Origin: Callorhinchus milii | Lineage: Eukaryota | Reading direction: 5' to 3' | Length of the DNA stretch: 64,000 bases | NCBI RefSeq assembly: GCF_018977255.1 | Contig: NW_024704742.1 | Span: forward strand, 137,516,001-137,580,000 | Shown: piece after piece, positions 25,790 through 38,100 of the stretch | How the letters are laid out: each line of letters begins with the position of its first letter | Numbering within the stretch: position 1 is the stretch's first letter | Notes under the pieces: model-generated | What the model saw: only the letters and a program-made list of their open reading frames with translations | What the model was told of the DNA's origin: nothing | The model's database searches: none | Made by a program: the position numbers and the translations under genes

Positions 25790-27330
25790 CCCCGCACTTT
25801 CCACTAAATCCTATGAACAGCTTTGAGGTTGCCAAGCTTCCCTTGGTCTATCCCCCTATTCCTCTGGCTGTTTCTCCTCCTTTGAGCACTTCACCCTCTA
25901 CCATCCCTCCCCGCTCTCCCTCAAAATCCTCCTAGTTTACCGCTCCCCCACCCCCCAAACCTCCTGGCTCCTTCCTCCCGTCTCCTCTCATCCCTGTTCC
26001 TCTGCACTGAACCCCTGCTCATAATGGATGATTTCAACCTCCACCTAAACTCCCCTTTGCACCACCTCCTTGGATTTCACTGGCCTCCTCTCCTCCCCAA
26101 ACTTCACCCTCCACATCGACCTTGCCGACCCACAACTGTGACCACACCCTCGACCTCATCATCACACACAGCCTTGACATTCCTGACCTGTCTATCACGG
26201 ACAAGGCCACCTCGGACCACTTGCTCATCTCTTTCTCCTCATCCCCCTCCCCTCTTCCAAACCCCTCCACCATTTTTTTCCACCCCTGGAAAAAGCTTTC
26301 TCCTGAGTCCCTCATAAATGCCCTCTCTTCCTCAGACCTCCTCCCCCTCTGGCCTCCACCCGCGGGTGATCCTGATGCAGCCATCGAATGATTGTATCTC
26401 CACAACCTTCAATTCCCCTGGCTCCCCTGAAACCCACTTGCTCCCCCTGGTACAACAGTCATTGTAATTTTGTTGTCGTTGTTGCCATCTCCGCTCACTC
26501 AAAACACAAACCCGGATGCTCGAGCGCAGATGGTAGAAATCCGGCCTCATGATTCACTGTCAGCTGAGGCTTGGCAACTCGCATCTACCACCTCTTCCTT
26601 TCACAGGCCAAAACTGACTTTTACTCCAAAGTCATCCTGGAGGCAAATAACAATCCAAAGACGCTCTTTTCCACCGTCCATCACCTCTTCCATGTACCTC
26701 TTTCAAGACCCCTCGATCCTCACTTCAAAGGTCAAGTGCGAAGAGGTCCTAGAACCTCTTCGCCTCTTTGGCTGCATTGTCCTCCCTGCCATGTCCCCTT
26801 CCACCCCTCCCTGACTATTCACTCTGTCTTCTCCGGCCACTGCCCCTACATAGATGCAAGGATTATTACAACAACAACAAAAACAACAAAATTACATTTT
26901 ATTGTGCCTTTCACTTCGGGAGGACGTCCCAAGTTGCTGGATTAATTATGATTTTTATGATTATCAAATTTATATAATATGAACTCGGAATATTTCCTCG
27001 CTCCCCAAGAGGAGTTTCCAGGGCAATGTTGGCCTCTCACACGTTCCATCTTTCTCGCCAGTACATCTTCGGTCAGAACTGAAATGACTTTCCTTCCTCG
27101 GTTTCCTTTAGGTGTGAGTCGAGAACAAAGCGACAAAGGAAAAATCTCCACCTCGATTGACCTCCAGGAAGTCAAACCCCTCATCTCCGGCTCCAGGTCT
27201 CCCCTTCCTCCATCTGTCACTCGCCTTGTCCAGGCGAAGCCTCTGTGCCGTCCTCCCTCCAGGGTTGATATGGTCCCATCAGATCCCTTGGAAACTCACA
27301 TCAGTCTCTCCTCTAAGAACTGCGGCCATT
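25790..27330 (+). mobile_element. Decayed L2 endonuclease and RT fragments
   Basis: DDFNLHL, PTH..HTLDLII, SDHLLISF. Confidence 0.75.
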
Positions 27331-27984
27331 GACTATAGGCGGCGCTGATTGGATGCTAAGGTGGTACTGCAGCGCCACCAGCAGGCTCACACCGGAATTA
27401 CAGAGACAACAGCAACAACTTATACTGTATTACACTTTTCCCTCGAGTAATGTCTTGGACCCAGTATCCTGTGACAGCCGAGCCAGGAGCGTCAAGTGCC
27501 TCGGGCGTTCTCTCAACTTGAAAGGCGCTGTATAAATGTAAATTTGTATTGCAAATTATATTAACGCCTTATAACGACTTCCCAAAACACTTCGCAGGAC
27601 ACACAACGAAGTTGTGTGGCTGTGACAGTACTTTGCGGGCAAATATACATTTGAATTGTACTGTAAATTGTGTTGTATTTCACGTTCCAGTAACGCTCCT
27701 TTTTGAAGATGTCTTCTATTCTCCAATTTAACACTGCCATGTGAAAATTCTGAGCTTGTGTCTTTGTTCCTGATTATTTAAACACCTTCCTCGCCGGTCT
27801 CCCCAGCTCCATCATCCACAAAATTCAGCTGATCCCAAGCTCCGCCGCCCGCATACGCACCCATAGTAAACTCCGTACTCCCTTCACACCAGTTCTAGCC
27901 AGGCTTCGTGGGATGTCTATTGCCAAAAGGATTGGTTTCAAGATAGTTGCACTCGTTTTCAATCTTTCACTCTTCATAGATTTT

Positions 27985-29130
27985 CATAGATTCATAGAAT
28001 GTTACGGCACAAAAGGAGGCCATTCGGCCCATCGAGTCTGTGCGGCTCTTTGACAGCATCACTTTCACTAACCCCAATCACCAACTTTCTCCCCATAACC
28101 TGCAAACCCGTCCTCCCCAGATACCTATCCAGTTCTCTCTTAAAAGCTGTTATCGAATCCCTTTCGGGCAGATCATTCCAAATTCGAACAACTCGCTGAG
28201 TGAAAACATTTCTTCTAACCTCCCCTCTGCTTCTTTTGGTAGATATCTTAAGACTATGACCATGAGTCACAGACACACCTACCAGTGGAAACAGCTTTTC
28301 CCTATCTCGCCTGTCGAAACCTTTCATGATCTTGAAGACCTCTATCAGGTCCCGTGTAACCTTCTCTGCTCTAAAAGGAAAAGTCCTAACTTCTCCACTG
28401 TCCTCATAGCTAAGGTTCCCCATACAGGATACAGGATACTATTCATAGAATCATAAAGTTATACAGCACAGAAAGAGGCCATTCGGCCCATCGTGTCTGT
28501 GACAGCTCTTTGAAAAGAACTTCCAAATCAATCCCACTCACCCGCGCTCTCCCCACAACACTGCAAACTTGTCCTCCACCAATAATTATCTACTCTCTTA
28601 AAAGCTGTTATCAAATCGGCTTCAACCACCCTTTCAAGCAATGCATTCCAGATCCCAACAACTCACTGTGTGAACACAGTTCTCCGCACCTCCTCACCAG
28701 TTTCTTTTAACAACTTTTAAATCAGTGTTCTCGGGTTACCGACCCACCCTCCAGTGGAAATAATTTCTCTTTGTTCACCCGATCAAATCCCCTCATAATT
28801 TTGAAAACTTCTATTAAGTCTCCTCTTAACCTTATCTACCTCAAGAATAGTCCAAGCGTCTCTAACCTTTCCTCATAACTGAAGTCCCTCATTCCTGGTA
28901 CCATCCTATAAATCTTCTTTGCACACTGTCCAATGTCTTGACATCCTCCTAAAGTGTGGGGTCCAGAACTGAACACAGTCTCTCGCTGAGGCCTAACAAG
29001 TATTTTATAAACGTTCATCATAACTTCCTGACTTTTGTATTCTATGCCACTGTTTATAAAGCCTAGTATCTTGTATGCTTTTTTTAAAAACAGCGTTATC
29101 TACCTGTCCTGCCACCTTCAAAGATTTACT
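27985..29130 (-). mobile_element. Two adjacent CR1 3' fragments
   Basis: [27 protein letters not shown]-type C-terminus; (ATTCTATG)n tails. Confidence 0.85.
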
Positions 29131-30010
29131 TGCATATGCATGCTTGTCACTTTATTTATTAAGTCACTAGAAACAAATGGATGCATTTTACAGTAACAAC
29201 AAATTACATTGTATAACACCTTTTACGTCAGGAGGATGTCCCAAGGTGAGGGTGACTGAAGGTGGAAGGTCTTGAGATGGGCCTTGAAGGAGGCAAGGGC
29301 GAAGGACATGTGGGATGAAGTTCCAAAAGCTGGGGCAGAAAAGCTGAAGGCCTGACCGCTGATGGTGGGGTGGACAGGGCGAGGGATGTGGAGCTGGCAC
29401 TCCCTTCGCCCAGACCCCTGAGGATATCTCAAAGTGCGAACAGGATTTATCGTAAAATGTGGATTTGGGCAAATGCACAGCCAATTTGCACACAGCAGTG
29501 TCCCACAAACAGCCATGGAGTGAGTGACCAGTTTATCTGGAGGAGATTGTTGGCCATGACACCAGGAGAGAGAAATTGCCTTCTCTGTGGGATCTTGTCT
29601 GAGGGAAGGTCCAACTGAACGAGGTTTAACATCTCATCTGAACGACGGCAGCACAGGTGATGCAGTATCTCTCCCCAGCACTTGGCTGGTGTGTCGGCCA
29701 AGAGTCCAAACTGTATGAGTTCAAATTCCTGACGTGGGGCTTGAACAGCACAACCCTATGACACCGAGGTGAGAGTGCTGGCGACTTGCACACTCTGGAA
29801 TCGTCGAATAGTCCTCAATTCAGCCACTTCAACTCTCTCTCCCACTCGCACTCTGACCTCCCCATCCATGGTCTCCTTCGCTGTGCCAATGAGCCACAGC
29901 GGAAGCTCGAGGAACAGCACCTCATTGATCTGCCAGGGACCTTACAGCCCTCTGGCCTCAATATTGATTTTAACAAATTCAGGCCATAACAGCTCACTTT
30001 CAACAGCTCG

Positions 30011-30337
30011 TGGAGTCCTGTAGCTCAGTGGTTAGAGCACTCGCTTTGCAAGTGAGAGACCTGAGTTCAATTCCAGGCAGAGGGCGAAACCTTGGGCAAG
30101 TTTCCTTACTCCACACAGAGCCTAATAATAATCCCTCCAAAACCAAAACAATAATAAATTGGTCATTTACAATCTACGACTGTTTGTGGGACATTGCTGT
30201 GCGCAATTGGCTGCCGCGTTCGCCCACAAATATACAGTCAATTCACTTTACAGTATGTTCTGTGAAGCGCTTTGGGACGTCCTCCCGACGTGGAAAGCGC
30301 TATATCAAATGCAAGGATTATTATTATTATTATTATT
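30011..30337 (+). mobile_element. Young SINE, full length
   Basis: tRNA-like head, CORE remnant, Deu-SINE-like body, 3' hairpin, (ATT)n tail. Confidence 0.92.
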
Positions 30338-30650
30338 TCTCCCTCTCCCTCTTCTGCGACCATTACCACATAATCTGGGTCCTCAGACACACCTTTTCTC
30401 TTTCTGGTCTGCCTATGTTTTGCAATTTCCCAGCCACTCCCCCCCACCCTCCCACCCCCCCCCCCACACTGTGTTTTGCATTATTAACACTTCTATTCCC
30501 GATTTTTTGCAATCCCCCCATTATTTTGCACCATTAACACCTCTTTCACCCATCATCCCCTGTCCTCTACCCCACTTTCTCCTTTGACTTCCTTTCCCTG
30601 CCTTCCCCCTCTTTTTTAGACCTTAAAATCCTCTCCCTCCTAACATGCCC

Positions 30651-30688
30651 CAGTTCTGACGAAGGGTTGTGGACCCGAAAGTTTGACT
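30651..30688 (+). ncRNA. Degenerate minimal hammerhead-ribozyme-like motif in the Penelope pLTR
   Basis: CTGACGA (30656-30662), stem GGGT/ACCC, GAAA (30677-30680); putative stem I AGT/ACT; stem III region mutated. Confidence 0.55.
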
Positions 30689-30848
30689 CACTTTCCTTTC
30701 TCCATAGATGCTGCCTGACCTGCTGAGTGTTCCCAACAACTTATGTGTTTATATAGTATATATTTTATAGTATATTCTGTGAAATGCTTTGAGATATCTT
30801 GATGCGATCACAGTCTACATAAAATGCAAGCTACATACAGGTATTTTG

Positions 30849-31165
30849 TGGAATCCTGTAGCTCGGTGGTTAGAGCACTCGCCTTGCAAGCGAGACACCT
30901 GGGTTCAATTCCAGGCAGAGGGCGAAACCTCGGGCAAGTTTCCTTACTCCACACAGAGCCTAATAATAATCCCTCCAAAACAAAACAATAATAAATTGGT
31001 CATTTTCAATCCATGACTGTTTGTGGGACATTGCTGTGCGCAATTGGCTGCCGCGTTCGCCCACAAATATACAGTCAATTCACTTTACTGTGTGTTCTGT
31101 GAAGCGCTTTGGGACGTCCTCCTGACGTGAAAAGCGCTATATCAAATGCAAGGATTATTATTATT
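30849..31165 (+). mobile_element. Young SINE, full length
   Basis: Same family as 30011-30337. Confidence 0.9.
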
Positions 31166-32212
31166 CTCAAATGGTTGTTGACCTGTAGGCCAAAAAGCTG
31201 AAGTTCAAAATTGTTACTTTCCAAACAAACTTCCTGTCATCAACGTACGTTGAATTTCGGTAAAATCCCCGTTCAGCGTACAGCAGTGATTTTGTTTTTA
31301 TAGTAACCTTTTCTGTTTGGTATCCGTGATCATTGGTGTTATCTAAGTGCTCTGAGATGCTGTCCGGCATGGAGGGCGCTATATAAAGCCAAGTTGTTGT
31401 TGTTATCTATCTCGTGTAGAATGCAATCAACATGATCAACAACAACTTGCACTTATATAGTGCCCTTCATGTGGGGTAACGTCCCAGAATGCTTTACATT
31501 GTCCGAGTCTGACAACGGGCTGAGGAGGGTGGGGGTGCGGGAGGGGAGGTGCAGTGACTGTAAGCACGATGAAAAAGGATGGTCTTTATATGGGATTTGA
31601 AGATGGGGAGGATGGGGTCAAGGGAGTAATTGAGGGAGAGAGCCCCAGAGTTTCAGCATAGTGGCTGAAGGCACAGCCACCGATGATGGTACGGAGGGCA
31701 CCGGGGACAAACAGAAGGCCGGAGCCAGCCGAGCGGAAGCGACGGTTAGTGGAAGTGGGAAATAAGAAGGTTGGAGAGGTAGGGAAGGCATGAAGGGGTT
31801 TGAAAATGAGTGAGAGGATCTTGAAATTGATTGGTTCGGTGATTGGGAGCCAGTGGAGCTTGGCAAGGACTGGTGTGATGGCAGCAATTGGACTGATTTG
31901 ATGATCATCTGTCGAGTTTACCAATCTTCTTTGGTAGCAAGGTAGCAGTTTGATTTGAATGGATTGGATTGATTTGAATAGCTCTTCTAAAAGACCTGGT
32001 ATAGACATGATGGCCTGAATGACCTCCTTCTGTGCTGTATAATTCTATGAGTTTTTGGGGGTTAGCCCGGTGTCTGAGGGTTACCCATTACCATGCTTAA
32101 GAATTCTCCAACCAAACTGAGAAATTCACGCATCCCACCTACACATGGAAATCCCAGAGATGGATTGTTGGAATGGAATGCGCTCTCTCTCTAATTTAGG
32201 TGCAGTTTGGCA

Positions 32213-35200
32213 CTCCCCTCGCCTGTCTATATCCCTTTGCAATCTTTTTGGATCATCCTCAGAGCTCACTCTCCCACCGAGTTTAGTGTCATCCGCGAAT
32301 TTAGATATGTTACATTCAACGTCCTCGTCTAGATCATTGATGTGAATTGTAAATAGCTGAGGCCCAAACACTGATACTTGTGGCACTCCACTAGTCACCT
32401 CCTGCCAATTCGAGAATGACCCGTTTATCTCTACTCTCTGTTTTCTACCCGTTCTACTCTTCAATCCATGTTAATATGTTCCCATTAATCCCGTGGGCCT
32501 TAACCTTGTGCAATAGCCTTTTGTGTGGCACTTTGTCAAATGCCTTTTTAAAATCTAAATATACTACATCTACTGGTTCCCCCCTATCTAACCTGCTAAA
32601 TACATCTTCAAAAAACTCTAAAAGATTAGTAAAGCATGACTTGCCTTTTGTAAAGCTATGTTGACTGCCTAATCTTGTTATGGTCTTCCAGGAATCCCAT
32701 AACGACATCCTCAATTAAGGATTCAAGAATTTTCCCAACTACTGATGTCAGACTAACTGGTCTATAGTTCCCCATCTTTTCTCTCCCACCCTTCTTAAAT
32801 AGTGGTGTCACGTTTGCAATCTTCCAATCAATGGGAACCGTTCCAGAATCCAGAGAATTTTGGAAGATCAAAGACAAGCCATCCACTATCTCAGTAGCCA
32901 TCTCTTTTAAAACCCTACAATGAAGGCCAACAGGTCCAGGAGATTTATCAGTTTTAAGACCTGATAATTTACCTAAAACCATTTCTTTACTAATATTAAT
33001 TCCCCCAAGTTGCTCGCTATTTTCTTCTTGGTTCCCCTCTATTCTTGGTAGGTTTTCAGTGTCTTCTAAGATGAAGACAGTAGCAAAGTACTTGTTTAAT
33101 GACTCTGCCATGTCTTTGTCCCCTACGGTAATTCCCCCCGTCTCTGCTGTAACGGACCCCTGACAGCCTCTTCCTCTTTATATATTTATAAAAACTCTTG
33201 CAGTCTGTCTTTATGTTCCTCGTTAGTTTGCCCTCATATTCCATTTTTTCCCTCTTAATCACTTTTTTGGTTCTCCTTTGTTGATCCCTAAAGTTCTCCC
33301 AATCCTCGGGTTTACTACTCATCTTAGCTGTTTTATAGGCTTCTTCCTTTAACTTTATACTGTCCCTAACTGCTCCAGTTAGCCACGGTTGGGCCACCTT
33401 TCCCGTGGCATTCTTATTCCTCAAAGGAATACGTGCTCGCTGGGAATTTTGCACTATCTCCTTAAACATCTGCCATTGCTGGTCTACTGTCAAATCCTTA
33501 AGTCTAATTTCCCAGTTTATTTTAGCTAAATCCTCTCTCACACCAGCAAAGTTGGCTCTACTTAAATTTAAGACCTTTCTTCGGACTTAACTACTTCTCT
33601 CTCTAACTTAATGCTAAATTCCATCATATCATGTTGCCCGAGAGGAGCCTTCATTTCCAGTTTGCTGATCAGCCCTGCTTCATTGCACAAAACAAGGTCT
33701 AATATGGCCATTCCCTCCTCGGCATACTGATCTAAATAATTATCCCTAATACATTCTATAAACTCTTCCTCTATCATACTTTTCCCAATTTGGTTGTCCC
33801 AATCTATGTGCAGATTAAAATCACCCACAATTAATGTTTTTCCTTTATTATATGCTCCGCTAATTTGCTGATTTATACCTTGTGAGGTACTGTGATTGCT
33901 GTTCGGGGGTCTATAAACTACTCCCACTAGAGTTTTCTGCCCCTTGTTGTTATGTACCCCATACTGACTCTACTTCCTACTTTTCTGATTTAAAATCTTT
34001 CCTCTCTACTGTTTTTATCCCATCCTTTATTAGCAGGGCCACCCTCCTTCCTCGTTTACCACATTGCCTATTTTTCCTATACACCACGTACCCTGGAATA
34101 TTTAGCTCCCACCCTTGATCTCCCTGTTACCATGTCTCGGTGATGGCTACCAGATCATACCCGTTTGTTTCTATTTGTGCATTTAACTCATCTATCTTGT
34201 TTTGAATGCTTCGCGCATTCAGATATAGCACCTTTAATTCTGACTTTGGGCTATTAGTCCTATTCACCAGTACCCTATCCCTGGGCTTCCTTTCCCTGTT
34301 TGACACCCTTTGCTCATCTCCCTGGTTAATCTGCTCTCCCACTTTCATCGGTCCTAATTTTAATTGTGACGGATTACATGTGATTGAATTTACCCCCACC
34401 ACCCCCTTAATAGTTTAAAGCCCTGTCTACCTCCCTATTTATTCCTGTCACCAGGACATTTGTCCCAGCCCTGTTTAGGGCTGGGAATAGCTCCTGTCTC
34501 CCCCAATACTGGTGCCAGTGGCCTATAAAGTGAAACCCCTGCCCTCTGCACCATTCTTTTAGCCAGGTATTCAGCTCTTTAATTTTTTTTGCCTGTACCA
34601 ATTTGCCCCCGGCTCAGGTAATAATCCCGATATTAACACCTTCGATGTTCTACTCTTTAGCTTAATTCCCAATTCCTGGAACTTGCTCCTCACTCATCCC
34701 TACCTGTCCTACCAACATCATTGATCCCTATGTGAATCATAACTATTGGATCCACTCCCTCCTGTTTCAATTTTTTCTCCAGCCCAGAAGTGACGTTCTT
34801 CACCCTGGCCCCAGGAAGGCAACAGAGTCTTCTTGTCTCCCTGCTACGGCTGCAGAAAAGTGTGTCAGTCTTCCTGACTGTCTCATCCCCAATCACCACT
34901 ATATTCTTTCTGACTATTCCCAGTGTGGCCTCCTGTATAGAGGTGTTGGGGTAAGTTTGCCCATCTTCCTCACAGACTTCCTTGTCCACACAGGTTGTAA
35001 GTATGTCATACCTGTTGGACAAGGTTAAAGCCTGGGGTTCCTCTGCCCGTCTCTTTTGGGTCCTCTTACGCGCCTGTCTGACCGTCACCCAGTCCGGTCC
35101 GTGGCTGGCAACGGAATGTTCCCTGGGACTCGTGGGAGTGTCTGGCTCCAGGATGAAACTGTCCAGGAAGCTCTCCCCATCTCTAATGCTGCGCAGTGTC

Positions 35201-35400
35201 TCCACCTGAGACTCCAGCTCAGCTACTCTAAGCTGGAGCTTCCTCAGTTGCAGACATTTGCTGCAGATGAAGTGACCTGTGCTCAGGGCACCCTCCATCA
35301 ACTCCCACATACCACATTCCTCACACTTCACCTGCCAGGTCATTCTCTCCTCTCACTTTATTTATCCCTGTATTATTGTTGTTTAGAAGATATACTTCCC
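32213..35400 (-). mobile_element. CR1 LINE with ORF1 (Cys zinc finger, leucine zipper, SGNH-esterase-like) and decayed ORF2 (APE + RT); 3' end missing
   Basis: ORF1 starts ATG at 35343 (CEECGMW..CSKCLQLRKLQLRVAELE, VVIGDE, HIGIND). APE motifs LYLNARS, ITETW, VYRPP, GDFN. RT motifs YRPVSLTSVVGK, LDFKKAFDKVPH, KFADDTKL. Confidence 0.93.
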
Positions 35401-36089
35401 CCTCTGCACCTAATTCCCACTCTCACCCAATTCCTTCTCACTCTAGCCTCGCCTCACTCCGGATGTAGCTCACTCAAAACTTCGCCTGGCTCTGCCACTG
35501 CCTCAATCCTCAGGCCGCCAAAACTCTCATTCATGTATTCAGGCTTGACTACACCAACTCCCTGCTTGTCAGCATTCCCAACTCTTCCCTCCATAAGCTG
35601 CAGATCATCCAGAACTCTGCAGCTCATGTCCTCTCCCGCACCAAGCTCCGCGACCCTATCACTCCCATCCTCGGCCGGCTCCATTGACTCCTCATCCCTC
35701 AGAGGACAGAGTTAAAAATCCTCATCCTTGCCTTCAAGGTCCTCCACAGCTTTGCTCTTCCCTACCCATCTTACCTGCTAACCTCATATCAACCTGTCCG
35801 CTCCCTCCGATCAGCAGGCTCCACGTCCCCTGCCCGGCCCACCCAACCATCTATGTTCAGGCCTTCAGCCTTCATCCCTATCATTTGTAACTCAATCCCT
35901 TTGCCTTGCTCCCTCCCTTGCCTCCTCCAGCACACACCTCAAGACCCTCCTGTTCGAATGTGCCTTTGGCCACCCTCCTACCCTCCACCCTCCCTTACCC
36001 CAACCCTTGCCCCCACTCGAGTCCAAAGCCCTGACTGTTCAGTGCCTTGGGACGTCGTCCGAACATGAAAGGCACTATACAAATGTAGC

Positions 36090-37160
36090 TTTGTATTGCA
36101 GTACATCTAGACTTCCAAAAGACTTTCAATAAAGCACCACGTGAAAGACTCCTTCACAAACAGTGGTCACTGGATATCAAGAGTAAGACATAGACGTGGA
36201 TTCAGAATTGGTTGAAGGGAAGGAAGCAGAGTGCCTTCGTTATGGGAGCTGGGTCACATTGGGGAGAGAGATATTAAACAGGGTGCCTCAGGGTCTATAC
36301 TAGTTCCTTTCCTGTTTCTCAAATATATTAATGACCTGGATTCGCAGATGAGGTGTAAGATGGTTATGTTTGCAGATGACACCAAGTATGTTGGAGGAGG
36401 ACTCAAAGGAAATCAAAGAGAGCTTGATAGGTTATGCACATAGATAACTGGCTAATGAAGTTTAACACGGATAAATGCAAGGTATTACATGTAAGATGGA
36501 AAAATATGAAACACAATACTTTAAATGAGATAGAATTTGCTAAGGGAGAAGAGATCCAGGCGTGTTGGTTAACTCTTCGCTCGTTATGATGAAACAGTAC
36601 TTAGGCAAACAGGATGCTGTGTTACATTGCTCAATTAGTTAAGTTTAGATCCCCAGATGTATCATGCAGTGCTCTGGCAAGACTGCACCTAGATTACAGC
36701 AAACAATTCTGGTCACCGTGACATAAAGGGGCTGCCCGCGCCCCAGAGACAGTGGAGAGGGGAGCAATGCGAATCATCCTAGTTTTAGAGGAATGAGCTA
36801 TGAGCAACAATCAGACAAGCTCAGGCTCTTCAGTCTTGAAAGAAAAAGGGACCTCAAAAGGGATGGAAAGAATAAACCTGGATCAATACGTTATGATGCA
36901 ACAAACCAGTAGAACAAGAGGGCATAGGTTTAGAGTTGCAATGAACAATTTCCTGACAGACACCAGGACGTTTTTCTTTACTCAGAAGGTAATTAACAAT
37001 TGGAACAGGTTGAGAGCAAGGGTGACTGATGCCAGGACTCATTTAAAAAGCATCTTGATGCTGAGATGGAGGGAATAGTAGGGTGGACATTCTGGAAGGA
37101 TGAGATTGGATGGACCAAAGGGCCTTCTTCATCCTACACTGATCTTGTGATCAGAGCAGG
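36090..37160 (+). mobile_element. Decayed CR1 RT and 3' region
   Basis: MFADDTK motif; TRTRGHRF..FFTQKVINNWNRL. Confidence 0.8.
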
Positions 37161-37339
37161 AACAATGTGGCTAAGAGCTAATGGTGGGTGTGGAGGACAA
37201 AAAGCAGGTCAGAGTGCCAGTTGGAAAGTCTCTGAGTAGACTGAGCAATTGGGGAGCACACGAGTTGAGGAGGCACTTCAAGATGTATTGGGGTTATATT
37301 TGGTGCTCTGCTCACTGACTGCCTAGTTACAGACTATAC

Positions 37340-38100
37340 AACAACAACAACAACAAAATTATATTTATAGAGTGCCTTTCACGTCGGGAGGACGTCCCAA
37401 AGTGCTGAACAGTCAGGTGTCGGGGCTCGAGCATGGGGGAACGGTGGTGTAGGGGTGAGGGAAGGCAGAGAAGTGGGAGGGAGACCAAAGGCACACTTGA
37501 AGAGAAAGGTCTTAGACCAACCTTGAAGGAGGTGAGGGAGGAAGCGAGGCGAAGGGGCCGTGGGATGGAGTTCCAGAGTGTGGGGGCAGAGAGGCTGAAA
37601 GATCGGCCACCGATTGTAGGATGGATCGGATGGGAGACATGGAGCAGGCCGGAGCCCACTGAACGGAGGGAGCGGGCAGGTTGGTAGGGAGTCAGCAGGT
37701 CAGAGAGGTAGGAGGAGGCAAGACCATGGATGGCCTTAAAGGTGAGGATGAGGATCTTGAACTCGATCCTCTGGGGGATTGGGAGCCAGTGGAGTCGGGT
37801 GAGGGTGGGAGTGATGGGGTCGCGGAGCCTGGTGCATGAGAGTACACGAGCTGCAGAGTTTGGGATGATCTGTAGATTGTGAAGGGAAGAGTTGGGAAGG
37901 CCGATGAGGAGGGAGTTCCCGTAATCAAGCCTTGAGGTGACGAATCATGGGTGAGGCTTTCACCAGCCTGAGGGGTGAGGAAGTGGCGGAGTCTGGCAAT
38001 ATTGCAGAGGTGGCGGTAGGCAGTGCCAGTCATGGCGCGGATGTGGGGAAGAAACCGAACAAATTGCAGACTATCTGAAACAGTCAAGCACTTTGGAACC
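37340..38100 (-). mobile_element. L2 3' fragment
   Basis: Reverse complement of the L2 tail and RT thumb (HLCNIARLRHFL). Confidence 0.85.

Larger units (their letters stand above)
29790..30750 (+). mobile_element. Penelope-like element remnant (GIY-YIG endonuclease C-terminus and 3' pLTR), split by a SINE at 30011-30337
   Basis: HFNSLSHSHSDLPIHGLLRCANEPQRKLEEQHLIDLPGTLQPSGLNIDFNKFRP* resembles the PLE endonuclease terminus; followed by the typical gatgctgcctgacctgctgag pLTR end. Confidence 0.8.

Noticed and set aside
30011-30080. tRNA-Ala-like gene (TGC at the anticodon position) and similar heads elsewhere
   Set aside because: These are SINE heads: no acceptor stem or Pol III terminator, and they run straight into the SINE body.
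30010-30537. Recurrent ORFs [14 protein letters not shown]...KCKDYYYYY (also 756-1007, 12671-13024, 45780-46103)
   Set aside because: Chance translation of the young SINE; the poly-Tyr or poly-Ile comes from the (ATT)n tail.
35056-35715. 219-aa plus-strand ORF
   Set aside because: Antisense of CR1 ORF1 fused to an L2 fragment.
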